Positions 22,063 through 31,642 of a stretch of DNA of 64,000 bases are shown in pieces. Under the pieces are notes generated by a model that was not told the origin of the DNA, searched no databases, and was given only the letters and a program-made list of their open reading frames with translations. The DNA comes from Alphaproteobacteria bacterium (GTDB lineage: Bacteria > Pseudomonadota > Alphaproteobacteria > UBA828), in the NCBI GenBank assembly GCA_965214705.1, contig CBDCCI010000002.1, positions 2,400,001 to 2,464,000 on the forward strand. Direction: 5' to 3'. The translations under genes and the position numbers were made by a program. Every line of letters starts with the position of its first letter. Within the stretch, counting starts at the first letter, position 1.

Positions 22063-22503
22063 AATCAAGGGTCGCAAACGCCACATCCTCACCGACACCG
22101 GCGGCCTGTTGGTTGCCGCTCAGGTCCACGCCGCCAACATCCAGGATCGCGACGGCGCTCCCTCGGTGCTTGCGTCCATCCGCCACGCCTTCCCCTGGCT
22201 GCGTCACGTCTTCGCCGATGGTGCCTATGCCGGCCTCAGGCTCGCGGCGGCTCTGGAGCGGATCGGTCGGTGGACCCTGGAGATTGTCCAGCCCCGGCTG
22301 GTACGCGAGGGTTCGATATCCTGCCGCGCCGCTGGGTGGTCGAGCGCACACTGGCTTGGTTGAACCGCAATCGACGGCTCGCCAAGGACTTCGAGGCCAC
22401 CGTCGCCACCGCCCAAGCGTGGCTCTTCATCGCCAGTGTTCAACTCCTCACCAGAAGACTGGTAAGATACTGAAAATCAATATCTTATTATAGGCCAGAC
22501 TCT
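22063..22503 (+). pseudogene. IS5-family (IS1031/IS427-like) transposase C-terminal remnant
   Basis: [29 protein letters not shown], then a frameshift to [25 protein letters not shown]. Confidence 0.8.
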
Positions 22504-22615
22504 TAGACTATACTCTTCGCGGTCGTTGTCTGCTGGGACATTCGCTGTGAGACAACACCTGGAGTCATGGCGAGATCAGCGGCCTTGATCGGTGTCTTCG
22601 CGGGCGAACCCCTGA

Positions 22616-23350
22616 TCAATAGCCGAGAACGCTGTAGTCGCCGTTCACGATCAGGCGAATCGAGACGTAGAGGCCCAGCAGGGCGAACAGCACCCACGGG
22701 CAATTCAGCGCCCAGATATAGATGTACATATCCTTTCGGCCGAGGCGGCTTTGTCGATTGGCCACGAAGAAGCTGACCCAGTAGACCGACGTCGCGTAGG
22801 TCAACTGCCAGAATATCATCGCTCCCATAATGCCGGCGACGAGGGCGGGCAAGAAATCGACGGTGAAGGCGGCAAAGAGGATCAGCGTCGGTACCGGCGT
22901 TACGAAGCCGTTGGCGATATCTACGTTGTAACCGTATGTGCGCCGGTCCGCGTAGGAACTGTCGAACTGGGAATACGTGGCCCAGACGTCCGCCCACATC
23001 GTCGACGACAATATTCGCGTCAAGGGAACCCTTCCAGTAAGGAATTCGGCGGCTGGTGTCCGGCCCGTTTCCCGCCGGCGTTCGCGCCAGTATTGGGCGC
23101 GCTTCTCGATGTAGTCGCGGTTGAAGAACAGGCATATCTCCCAATGGCAGATCACCAGATTGATGGAAAAGAAGAGGATCAGCAGTGCATGAATGACGTC
23201 GAAATCCCCGCGGACGCCGTAGCGCGCACCGATGCCGGACGCTGTCAGAATTGCGATGACCAGCCCCGTGAATACGACCGGCGCAATCGCCAACCGAGTC
23301 CGGTGGGTGTCGCGACCCGAACGGGTTTGCGCGGCTTGCTTTTCGGCCAT
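22616..23350 (-). CDS. EBP/EXPERA-like membrane protein, putative sterol delta8-delta7 isomerase
   Basis: Several TM helices; WATYSQFDSSY resembles EBP WKEYxxxDSRY; QLTYATSVYW and LNCPWVLF resemble the EBP C-terminal motifs; located in the sterol cluster. Confidence 0.6.
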   Translation of the reverse strand: MAEKQAAQTRSGRDTHRTRLAIAPVVFTGLVIAILTASGIGARYGVRGDFDVIHALLILFFSINLVICHWEICLFFNRDYIEKRAQYWRERRRETGRTPAAEFLTGRVPLTRILSSTMWADVWATYSQFDSSYADRRTYGYNVDIANGFVTPVPTLILFAAFTVDFLPALVAGIMGAMIFWQLTYATSVYWVSFFVANRQSRLGRKDMYIYIWALNCPWVLFALLGLYVSIRLIVNGDYSVLGY

Positions 23351-23538
23351 GTGGTCCCATCCTCTCTGGCGCTGCGGCGTTGCCTCTCGCCCCATTGTAC
23401 CCTGTGGAAAGTTCGACGCCCCGAACAAGGGCGCTACGCCTGGGACTCCGTGGATATCGGCGTCATGAAGCGAGGCATCGGAGTTTCCCATGGCTTTCCG
23501 GTCTTGGGGACGACGTGCGGCTCTGGCAGAATGTGCCC

Positions 23539-24570
23539 ATGAATCGCACCTCCGCCACCCGATCGAAAGCGCGCTCCCTCGCGGGCCTCGCCCCGGACGA
23601 AGTAAAGTCCACGGTCGATGGATACACCGAAATCTTTGACGCCGGCCTGGAGCACAGGAAAGAGCATTATCGCTCGTTCGTGAGTCGCTACTACGACCTG
23701 GCGACCGACTTCTACGAGTTCGGTTGGGGCCAATCCTTTCACTTCGCACCCCGCAGCCGGGGCGAGAGCTTCAAGGCATCGCTGCTCAGACACCAGCATT
23801 TTCTCGCTGAAAAGCTGTCCCTGAAGCCGGGTATGCAAGTAATCGATCTGGGATGCGGGGTCGGCGGACCGATGGGCAATCTGGCCCGTCATTTCGGGGC
23901 GAGCTTTGTCGGCGTCAACAACAACGCCTACCAGATCGAGCGCGCAAGACTGCACACTCGGGATGTCCAGTCGTTATGTCGCTTTATTCACAGTGACTAC
24001 ATGGAGATTCCCGACGACGACGACCGCTACGATGCCGCCATGGCGATCGAGTCCATGCCCCACGCACCCGACAAGACAGCGGCGTTCCGCGAGGTCTTGC
24101 GCGTGCTGCGTCCGGGGGCCTGTTTCGCGGGCTACGAGTGGTGCGTTACCGACATATTTGATACCGGCAAGACGGAGCACCGGCGAATAAAAAACGATAT
24201 CATGGCCGGGAATGGGCTGCCGGATATCGCGACCACGTCGGAAGTTTCCGCCGCATTGCAGACGGCTGGATTCGAGCTCCTGGAAGCGCGCGACCGCGCA
24301 CCCGAAGCGGACCCGGAGATGCCGTGGTACCGTTCCTTGCAGGGCCGCGACCTCAGTCTTTCGAGTATTCCGCGCACGCCGGTCGGCCGCGTTCTGACTA
24401 ATTTCACTTTGCGGGTGGGAGAACGGCTGCGGCTCTTTCCCGAGGGCGCCCGCGCAGTCAGCACGCTCCTGAATGCGGGAGCGGACGCGCTGGTGGACGG
24501 CGGCAAGTCCGGCGTCTTCACGCCGATGTTCTTTTTCCTGGCCCGCAAACCCGGGCGCCCGCGCGACTGA
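23539..24570 (+). CDS. smt: Sterol C24-methyltransferase (ERG6/SMT family)
   Basis: SMT region I FYEFGWGQSFHF, SAM motif DLGCGVGGP, region III IESMPHAP, region IV PGACFAGYEW, C-terminal GVFTPMFFFLARKP. Confidence 0.92.
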   Translation: MNRTSATRSKARSLAGLAPDEVKSTVDGYTEIFDAGLEHRKEHYRSFVSRYYDLATDFYEFGWGQSFHFAPRSRGESFKASLLRHQHFLAEKLSLKPGMQVIDLGCGVGGPMGNLARHFGASFVGVNNNAYQIERARLHTRDVQSLCRFIHSDYMEIPDDDDRYDAAMAIESMPHAPDKTAAFREVLRVLRPGACFAGYEWCVTDIFDTGKTEHRRIKNDIMAGNGLPDIATTSEVSAALQTAGFELLEARDRAPEADPEMPWYRSLQGRDLSLSSIPRTPVGRVLTNFTLRVGERLRLFPEGARAVSTLLNAGADALVDGGKSGVFTPMFFFLARKPGRPRD

Positions 24571-24629
24571 ACGAAGCGGGCCTTCGTCCGCGCGGCGCTG
24601 CGCGAGACCACCCATACTCTGGACGGGGA

Positions 24630-27600
24630 TCAGGCGGCAGCCGCTTCGGGCGGGGGTGGCGACGTGTCGGCGGCACACGGAGCGTGGGCGGCGAGACCCA
24701 GCCGCTGGCGGCGGCGCTGCTCGTAGAGGGCGAGCGCGTGCAGCGGGAAATACTGTCGATACAGCACGTAATCCAGGAGCGCCGTGCGGAAGAAGACGCC
24801 CGCCATGTCCTGCTTGGGCCATGTCCCGTCCGCGTCCTGTGCGTCGAGCAGAAAGCGGGCGCCCCGCGAAATCGCGGTCCAGTTCGATTCGCCCGCCTCG
24901 AGGAGCGCGATCAACGCCCACGCGGTCTGGATGACCTGGCTTTCGTCGTGCGGGACATACCGGCCGGTCAGGCATCCGCTGTGGTGCTCGCCCCATCCGC
25001 CGTCTTCTCGCTGGCGCTCCAGCAGCCAGCGGCAGGCCGAGCGAAGCGCCGGATCGCCGGGGCCGGCCCTGGCGGCAAGAAGACCCCTGACCCCGAAGAG
25101 GGTGCCGTAAATGAATTGAACTCCCCATACGCCGCGCCACGACCCGTCGCTTGCCTGGGTCCAGCGAAGCCAGGCACCGGCCCTGGACATGGCGCCCGTC
25201 ACCGCTCCGTTCGCGATTTGCGGAACGTCCTCCATACAGGCGGCGAGCGCCGCGAGGCAGGACGCGGTGCACTCGACATAGGATTGCTCGGTCATCGAAT
25301 CGCCGAACATCTCGGCCGGATTCATCCACTCCAGACCGAAAGCCGAGCGTCGCGCCTCGTAGCTGCCGAAGCCGCCATCGCGGTTCTGGCAGCGCAGCAT
25401 GAACCCGACCGCATCGCGCAACGCGCTTGCGTGCGCAGCACCGCGACCGGCGGCGTGAAGTCCGAGCACCGCTTCCGCAGTGCAGTCGCTCACCGGCCAG
25501 CCGTGCCATCCTCCGGCAAAGCACCAGCCGCCCCTGGGGTCGGTTCGATAGGCCTCGCGAAACCCTTCGAAGCTGGCGGCGATCTGTTCCCCGAGCAGGA
25601 AGTCGGCGCCGCGCTGCAGCGCGTCCCCTACCCCGCCGAACGCGGGCACCGCCGCCAGCGCCTGCAAGGCGAAGCCGCTGTCCCACGAGGCGCTTCTCGC
25701 GCCGACGACACGCGCACCCTCTTCCTCGTCTTCCCAGATCCAGTCGTCCAGCTTCGCGAGCGCCTGGCGCAGATCGGCGTCGTCCGGATCGCGCAGCCAC
25801 AGGGCAAGCATGTTGAGAAGGCCGCTCACCGGAGAGATGCTCGTATGGCTGGTGGTCTGCAGCTCCCATCTGATCTGCCGGACGATCGCCTCCGTGCATC
25901 GGGCACGCAGGCGTTTGCCGTGGAGCCGATTGAACACGCGCGCAATCTTGTATCCAACCTTGAGCCACACGCTCGGCCGCGCGTAGAGGTCGGCCTCCCG
26001 CAGGCGATTGCGGGCGGCGGAGAAATCGACCTCGGCAAAGCCATGGGGGTACAGCTCCTCCCGCAACGACGCGATCGCGGGCGTGACGGGCGCCTGGAAG
26101 CGGTGCGGGTAGATCGCCGCCATGGCCATGTAGATGAGCCGGGTATGGCAGTACCAATTCGAAGGATGCAGGGGCAAGCGGCGCGGCAGGCTCCACAGTT
26201 CCGGCAGAACGGCGTTGACCCCGCGCCAGTCGTAGAGGTTCAGCAGCGCCAGCCAGAACTTTCCCCAGCTCGGAATGCCCACGATCCCCTCGGCCTGGAT
26301 GAAGCGCCGGGCCGGCTCGACCAGCGGATCGTCCCGCTCGACCCCGAGCAGCCTGGCCGCGACGTAGACCAGGGCGGTGACGAAGAGGTGGGGCGAAGAG
26401 TGCTCGTGCAGACCCCACGAGCCCGCTTCGAGACGGGTCCGTTCGAACGAGCGCAGCACGCGCCGGCGCCGGCCGGGCTCGAGCGGCCGCCCGATGATGT
26501 GGTGCAGCAGCACATATTGCGCGGTGAGCATGGGGCACCAGACCATCTCGCCCTCCCAGCCGCCATCCTCGCCCTGGAGGCTCAGGAGGTGCGCGGTCGT
26601 GCTCCCCAGAGCCGGACCGGCATCGGGCGCCTCGGAGTCCTTCGGCCGGCCGGACCCGGAAGCGTGGGGCCGCGGCGGCATGGAGTGCAAAAGTGCGCGG
26701 GCCAGGCTGTCCAGGGCTCGCTCGTCATTCCGCCCGCCCTGGCGTCTCGACTGGCGTAACTGCAGAGCCCAGCGCAGGAGCCACAAGAGACGAACGGTGA
26801 GAGCCCCGAAGATCTTCAGGCCCCGACGCGGAGCGAACCGGCGCAAGGAGAGCGGAATCTCCACGGCCGCCGCACGGGCCGCCGTTGCGAAAAACGCGAG
26901 ACCCATCTCGAGCGCGGATCGGTCTTCGCAGGCGAGTATCCGCGTGGTCCGGTCCCGGTAATAGGAGTTTGTCCGCAATCCTCGGTAGACCGCGTGTCTC
27001 ATCGCCACCGCCTCGGCCCGATGATCGGCAAAGACCTCGTAGAGCCCCATGGCGAGCAGCTCCGGCACTTGGGTGGCCCGGAAACGCCCGGCGGCGAACT
27101 CGCGAAAGCTGCCGCTCTCGGCGAGGGCAAGCGCGTCACCGAAACCGAGGGTCATGCCGACCGCCGTCATGGGATGGTAGTGCCCGGCCGCGTCGCCGAT
27201 CAGCACACGACGCGGGGTACCGTATGTGACTCGCGGCCGCAGCTGATTGGCCGCAACGTGGAATTGCCCCGCCCGCACCGCTTCGACGAACCCCGGCCTG
27301 AGAGCTTCCGGCAGCAGAACGGCATGGGATTCGGTCAGGAAGCCGATCCGGTCCTGGCGTGTCCAGCGGTCCAGCGGAACGTCGACGATGATCCGGACGC
27401 AACCCTTTGCCAAACCGTATGCGAGAATCGGCCCCGGCCCGCCGAGCAGCACATGCCCGTGACCCTCGAAGGGCAGGCTCACGTCGCTCACCGTGATCCC
27501 CAGCATCCGCGAGCAGAGCATCGGGTCTGTCGACAGGCCCAGGGATTGGCGCACGATCGACGCCCGGCCGTCGGCGCCGACAATCCGCGCGGCGTCGAGG

Positions 27601-28043
27601 GTGTGAACCGTGCCGTTGTTGCTGTAGGACAGCCGCTCGTCTTCGACCGCATTCACCCGCGCATGGGTGAAGAAATCCACATCCGCCTCCTTCTCGACGG
27701 CTTCCCGCAGTGTCGAGACGAGCAAGGCGTGTTCGCAAGCCAGACCCTGCGAGCCATTCGTGTAGGGAAGGACGATCGGCTCCGAGCCGTCTTCCGGGAA
27801 CACCACGAAACCCCTGCCCGTGGCGCTGCGGGGCAGGGTGTCGAGCCCGATCCCGATGTCCTGCAGTATCTGTACCCCAGGTGGATGCAGCCATTCGCCC
27901 GCCAGGCGCTCTGACCCCTTGGGATTCGCTTCGAGCAGAACCACCCGGGCGCCCTTCCGCGCGTGAGCGAGCGCGCACAGGCTCCCGACCGGCCCCGCGC
28001 CGACAATGGCCACGTCGTAACGCCGCGACGCGGCGCCGCTCAT
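24630..28043 (-). CDS. Squalene epoxidase - oxidosqualene cyclase fusion protein (~1137 aa)
   Basis: N-half: IVGAGPVG, RLAGEWLHPPG, GADGRAS, IGDAAGHYHPMTAVGMT (SQLE motifs). C-half: QW repeats, WYCHTR, catalytic HGWPVSDCTAE (OSC type, not SHC DXDD). ATG overlaps the CYP51 stop (ATGA). Confidence 0.9.
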   Translation of the reverse strand: MSGAASRRYDVAIVGAGPVGSLCALAHARKGARVVLLEANPKGSERLAGEWLHPPGVQILQDIGIGLDTLPRSATGRGFVVFPEDGSEPIVLPYTNGSQGLACEHALLVSTLREAVEKEADVDFFTHARVNAVEDERLSYSNNGTVHTLDAARIVGADGRASIVRQSLGLSTDPMLCSRMLGITVSDVSLPFEGHGHVLLGGPGPILAYGLAKGCVRIIVDVPLDRWTRQDRIGFLTESHAVLLPEALRPGFVEAVRAGQFHVAANQLRPRVTYGTPRRVLIGDAAGHYHPMTAVGMTLGFGDALALAESGSFREFAAGRFRATQVPELLAMGLYEVFADHRAEAVAMRHAVYRGLRTNSYYRDRTTRILACEDRSALEMGLAFFATAARAAAVEIPLSLRRFAPRRGLKIFGALTVRLLWLLRWALQLRQSRRQGGRNDERALDSLARALLHSMPPRPHASGSGRPKDSEAPDAGPALGSTTAHLLSLQGEDGGWEGEMVWCPMLTAQYVLLHHIIGRPLEPGRRRRVLRSFERTRLEAGSWGLHEHSSPHLFVTALVYVAARLLGVERDDPLVEPARRFIQAEGIVGIPSWGKFWLALLNLYDWRGVNAVLPELWSLPRRLPLHPSNWYCHTRLIYMAMAAIYPHRFQAPVTPAIASLREELYPHGFAEVDFSAARNRLREADLYARPSVWLKVGYKIARVFNRLHGKRLRARCTEAIVRQIRWELQTTSHTSISPVSGLLNMLALWLRDPDDADLRQALAKLDDWIWEDEEEGARVVGARSASWDSGFALQALAAVPAFGGVGDALQRGADFLLGEQIAASFEGFREAYRTDPRGGWCFAGGWHGWPVSDCTAEAVLGLHAAGRGAAHASALRDAVGFMLRCQNRDGGFGSYEARRSAFGLEWMNPAEMFGDSMTEQSYVECTASCLAALAACMEDVPQIANGAVTGAMSRAGAWLRWTQASDGSWRGVWGVQFIYGTLFGVRGLLAARAGPGDPALRSACRWLLERQREDGGWGEHHSGCLTGRYVPHDESQVIQTAWALIALLEAGESNWTAISRGARFLLDAQDADGTWPKQDMAGVFFRTALLDYVLYRQYFPLHALALYEQRRRQRLGLAAHAPCAADTSPPPPEAAAA

Positions 28044-29449
28044 CGGAAGACGCTCGGCTGCGCGCAGCGACGGTAGCGGACCCGGCACGGTCTCTCGGGT
28101 CCCGTCACCCAGCTGCCGTAGTTCGGACGCGGAAACGCGCCGCTGGGAGTGAAGTCGAAACGATCGAGCAGAACGGTCCAGATCGCCTTGAGCTGCATGT
28201 AGGCGAAGTTCTTACCCATGCACGCGTGCTTGCCGCCGCCGAAGCCGATCAGGGCGTAGCGGTGTTGCCTGTCCTCGCTGGCGGGAGGCGCGAAACGGTC
28301 GGGGAAGAAGCGCTCCGGGTCGGCGAATATGTGGGGCAAGCGGTGAGAGACCGCCGGCGACACCATGGCCATGGAGCCGGCGGGCACGACACGGCCTCCG
28401 TAGCGCAGGGGTTCGAGCACCTTGCGGATCAGCAATATCAGCGGCGGGTGCAGCCGCTCGCACTCGCGGACGGCATTCTCCAGAGCCGGCTGGCGCTGGA
28501 GACTGTCGATGCTCATGCTCCCCGCTTCGCGATAGACGTCCTGCACCTCGTCTCTTACCCGCGCCAGGTACGCCGGCGCCCGGAGCAGCTCCAGACCGGT
28601 CCAGGTCGCGAGCACCGCACTGGTGTGCTGGCCCGCGAACAGCACCGTCAGCAGGATCCCCGTGATCTCGTCGTCGCTCAGGGCGCGGCCGCTCTTGTAG
28701 CGGGCGTTCATGAGCGTCTGCATGAAGTCGTCGGGGCTGGCCCCCGCATTCCGGCGCGCCGCCATGATCCCGCCGAAGAGCTCCGCCACCCGTCGCCGGG
28801 CCCTGTCGCGCTTTCGATGCGACGCAACGGGAAGCCTGGGAAGAAAGAATCCCAGGGTGTTAATGCCCTTCTGCAGGTCGTGGTAGGTCTCGGCAAAGCC
28901 GGTATCCACCCGATCGCGGACTTCCTGTCCGATCAGGCAGCGGCTGGCGATCTTGACCGTGAGCTCGTTCATCGCGTGCGGCAGATCGATTTCCCCATCC
29001 TCGCCCAGGGCGTCGGCGAACTGCCGCGCCTCATCGAACATGACGAGGGCGAACCTGCGCATTGCCGCCTCACGGAGCGCTGGAAAGAGAAAGCCCAGCT
29101 GCTCCGCCATGATGTCGGGGGAGGTGTCGTAGGCCACGCCGCGCCCGAAGATGGGCACGGTGAAGCGGTAGACGGCCTTGGCGTTCAACTGCTCCTCGGG
29201 CGTCCTGAAATAGAAGTCGTGGGCTTGGGGACCGGAGAAGAGAACGAAAGCGCGGGTACCGAGCCGGAAGCGGAAGAGCTCACCGTGCTCGCGCCAGCCG
29301 CGGCTCAACATGGCGACCGGATCTCTCTGGAACTCCGGCAAATGGCCGATCAGCGGCCAGCGGCCCGCAAGCTCGGGAAGGGGCTCGTCTGCCCGCGGCG
29401 GCAGATTCGCCGTAGGCAGGGTCGCCATGCTGTCGGTTCGGTTGGCCAT
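28040..29449 (-). CDS. cyp51: Sterol 14-alpha-demethylase (cytochrome P450 CYP51)
   Basis: YRFTVPIFGRGVAYD, I-helix LFAGQHTS, ECERLHPP, haem motif FGGGKHACMG. Confidence 0.92.
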   Translation of the reverse strand: MANRTDSMATLPTANLPPRADEPLPELAGRWPLIGHLPEFQRDPVAMLSRGWREHGELFRFRLGTRAFVLFSGPQAHDFYFRTPEEQLNAKAVYRFTVPIFGRGVAYDTSPDIMAEQLGFLFPALREAAMRRFALVMFDEARQFADALGEDGEIDLPHAMNELTVKIASRCLIGQEVRDRVDTGFAETYHDLQKGINTLGFFLPRLPVASHRKRDRARRRVAELFGGIMAARRNAGASPDDFMQTLMNARYKSGRALSDDEITGILLTVLFAGQHTSAVLATWTGLELLRAPAYLARVRDEVQDVYREAGSMSIDSLQRQPALENAVRECERLHPPLILLIRKVLEPLRYGGRVVPAGSMAMVSPAVSHRLPHIFADPERFFPDRFAPPASEDRQHRYALIGFGGGKHACMGKNFAYMQLKAIWTVLLDRFDFTPSGAFPRPNYGSWVTGPERPCRVRYRRCAQPSVFR

Positions 29450-29457
29450 CTCCGCTC

Positions 29458-30558
29458 TCAATGGATGAAGGGCAGCATCGCGAAGCGCGCCCGCTGCGTG
29501 TAGCGCTCCCACAGCTCGCCGTACTTGGCGCGGCAGCGGCGCTCGTCGCGTCTCGAACGGTGCCACAGCAAGCCCGCTAGCCACGCCGGCAACAGGAAGG
29601 GAGCCCAGGACGTAAGCCCGGTGGTCAGGGCGAAGGCGAGGTAGACGCAGATCTCGCCGGTGTAGTTGAGGTGCCGGCCGATGCCCCAGAACCCGGAGAC
29701 CAGGAGGCGCCCGTCCAGGGTACGGGCGGGCTTGCCCCAGATCCTAACGTTGGAATCGCGCTTGAAGCGGTGCTTCTGCTGATTGGACCCGCGGAAGAGC
29801 CAGAAGCCGAAAACGAAGAGCACGACGATCCCGGCGGCGGCGGCCGGAGACAAGGGCTCCGGTGCGTGAACCAGCCACCAGCCGGGGAGACAGTAGAAGA
29901 AGGGCACCAGCACGTAATCGCCCCAGACCAGCATCCATCCGAAGCGCTCGCGGACGATGTCCCAGGTATGGATCATCCCCTGTTCGAACTGGAAGTAGTT
30001 GAGCACGTAGAGGAAGGTGAAGGTCTGGTAGAGCATCATCGCCAGGGTCAGCTCGCCGTAGGTCTCGTACTGCACGGCGGCAAACGATGCGTTGAAGAGC
30101 GCTAGGCCGATGAGGGAGGGGCAGTAGCTGAAGAGCTTGATATCCAGCCCGAGCCAGGATGGAGCGGCGTCCACCCCGTAGAAGAAGTCCCGCCATGATC
30201 TGGGCGATGCATGAGGCTTTCGCACCCCGCGCAGGTAGAGCCAGCCGGAGAGGGCGAACGCGAATCCGTTCGCCACGACGAACAGGGCGAGCAAGTGGGT
30301 ATGCAGCACCGAAAGGGAGAGCACGCCGGAGGCTTGCGCGCCGCACGCCGCAATCATGACGATCAGATAGAGCGCGAGGCCGTTGAGCTTGTAGACGCGC
30401 TCGTTCCCGTCGGCATCCGGGCCCGTGATCCGACGACCCGGCAGCAGCAGCGAAGCCACGAAGAGGAGGGCGATGAACCCCAGCACCATCGCCGCCGCCT
30501 CGAGCAGGGTCTCGCCCGAGAGCGCCGACGAGAGGTTGAGCGCTTCAGGCGGCGGCAT
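29458..30558 (-). CDS. ERG24/DHCR7/LBR-family sterol reductase (probable C14 reductase)
   Basis: DIVRERFGWMLVWGD, NQQKHRFK, LLVSGFWGIGRHLNYTGE, RDERRCRAKYGELWERY. Confidence 0.9.
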   Translation of the reverse strand: MPPPEALNLSSALSGETLLEAAAMVLGFIALLFVASLLLPGRRITGPDADGNERVYKLNGLALYLIVMIAACGAQASGVLSLSVLHTHLLALFVVANGFAFALSGWLYLRGVRKPHASPRSWRDFFYGVDAAPSWLGLDIKLFSYCPSLIGLALFNASFAAVQYETYGELTLAMMLYQTFTFLYVLNYFQFEQGMIHTWDIVRERFGWMLVWGDYVLVPFFYCLPGWWLVHAPEPLSPAAAAGIVVLFVFGFWLFRGSNQQKHRFKRDSNVRIWGKPARTLDGRLLVSGFWGIGRHLNYTGEICVYLAFALTTGLTSWAPFLLPAWLAGLLWHRSRRDERRCRAKYGELWERYTQRARFAMLPFIH

Positions 30559-31642
30559 CGCCGCTCTCCGACCCGCGCGCCAGATGTTCCTGCCACTTGC
30601 GCACGGTCACTTTCTGAAAGGCCCTGACCACCGGATTGAACTCGACAGGACGGGCGTCCCAGTGTCTTTCGTATCCCTCCTGCTCCGCCTCCAGCGCGAA
30701 CCGGTCCTGGGTGAGCAGGGGGGCGATGAGCAGGCGATTGGAGACCTTCATGACCGCGGTCATGGCGAAACGGGGAATGCGCACCGGCAGCAGAGGTACT
30801 TTCAGCGACTTGAAATAGAACAGGAAGAACACCCGGCTGGTGCGCTCGTCGACCGGCAGCACGAAGAGCCAGTGCTTTATTGCGTCGTCGGTGTTCGACC
30901 ACTGGTAGGGGTACTCGTAGCAAAGCTCCATGCGGTTGGTGTTGAGCCGCCGATGATCGACGAAGAGGCCCGAGATGCGCCCGCGCCCCACGTGCGTGTC
31001 GTAGGCGAGATGCACGTTGTCGCCGAGGGTCTCGCAGCGGGTGAGGGTGGCCCCGTCGAAGGGCCGGTAGCGGCGGTGCAGGTGTGCGTGGGTGAAGTCG
31101 CTCACATTGTCGATCACCATCGAGTGGTGTGCCGACCAGGTGAAACAGAGCGGCACGCAGGCCCAGCGGCCGGATCCCTCGAGCTCAGGAATGTCCGGAA
31201 TCCGGCGCTCCTCCGCCAGCGCCGGATCTCCCGGGAAGAGCCAGATCAGACCGTAGCGGACCTTCACCGGATAGGTCTTGAGCGCAAGATTCGGAAAGCT
31301 TCGCCCCTCGCGATCATGGGGCACCCCGGCGGGACGCCCCTTCCCGCCATACTCCCAGCCATGGTAGGCGCAGACGAGCCGGCATCCCTGCACGTCGCCC
31401 AGGGAGAGCTTGAGCTGGCGATGCGCGCAGCGATCCTCGACCGCCTGGAAGGTGCCGTCCTTTCCCCGGAAGAGCGCGATGGAACGCTTCCAGAAGACGA
31501 CCTCGATCACCGTCTCCGGCTTGATCCGGCGCAATTCCTCGACCGGATACCAGTAATTCGGGTCCATGCCCGCGGCGCGAGCCTGCTGGCGCAGGTTGCC
31601 GGCGTCCTCGAAGCCGGGCGGCGCGGCGGGCGCCGCCCTCAT
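30545..31642 (-). CDS. sdmA: Rieske non-haem iron oxygenase, SdmA-like sterol C4-methyl oxidase
   Basis: Rieske CAHR..CAYHGW; mononuclear Fe site DNVSDFTHAHLH; position between an SDR and sterol genes. The sdmA label is inferred from context. Confidence 0.7.
   Translation of the reverse strand: MRAAPAAPPGFEDAGNLRQQARAAGMDPNYWYPVEELRRIKPETVIEVVFWKRSIALFRGKDGTFQAVEDRCAHRQLKLSLGDVQGCRLVCAYHGWEYGGKGRPAGVPHDREGRSFPNLALKTYPVKVRYGLIWLFPGDPALAEERRIPDIPELEGSGRWACVPLCFTWSAHHSMVIDNVSDFTHAHLHRRYRPFDGATLTRCETLGDNVHLAYDTHVGRGRISGLFVDHRRLNTNRMELCYEYPYQWSNTDDAIKHWLFVLPVDERTSRVFFLFYFKSLKVPLLPVRIPRFAMTAVMKVSNRLLIAPLLTQDRFALEAEQEGYERHWDARPVEFNPVVRAFQKVTVRKWQEHLARGSESGDAAA

Noticed and set aside
24630-26600. 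Squalene-hopene cyclase (hopanoid) assignment
   Set aside because: The catalytic motif is DCTAE rather than DXDD, and the gene is fused to an epoxidase and flanked by CYP51 and SMT.
23974-29503. Long alternate-frame and antisense ORFs (854, 691 and 597 aa) over the sterol genes
   Set aside because: Arg/Ala/Pro-rich shadow frames expected in high-GC coding DNA, with no recognisable motifs.
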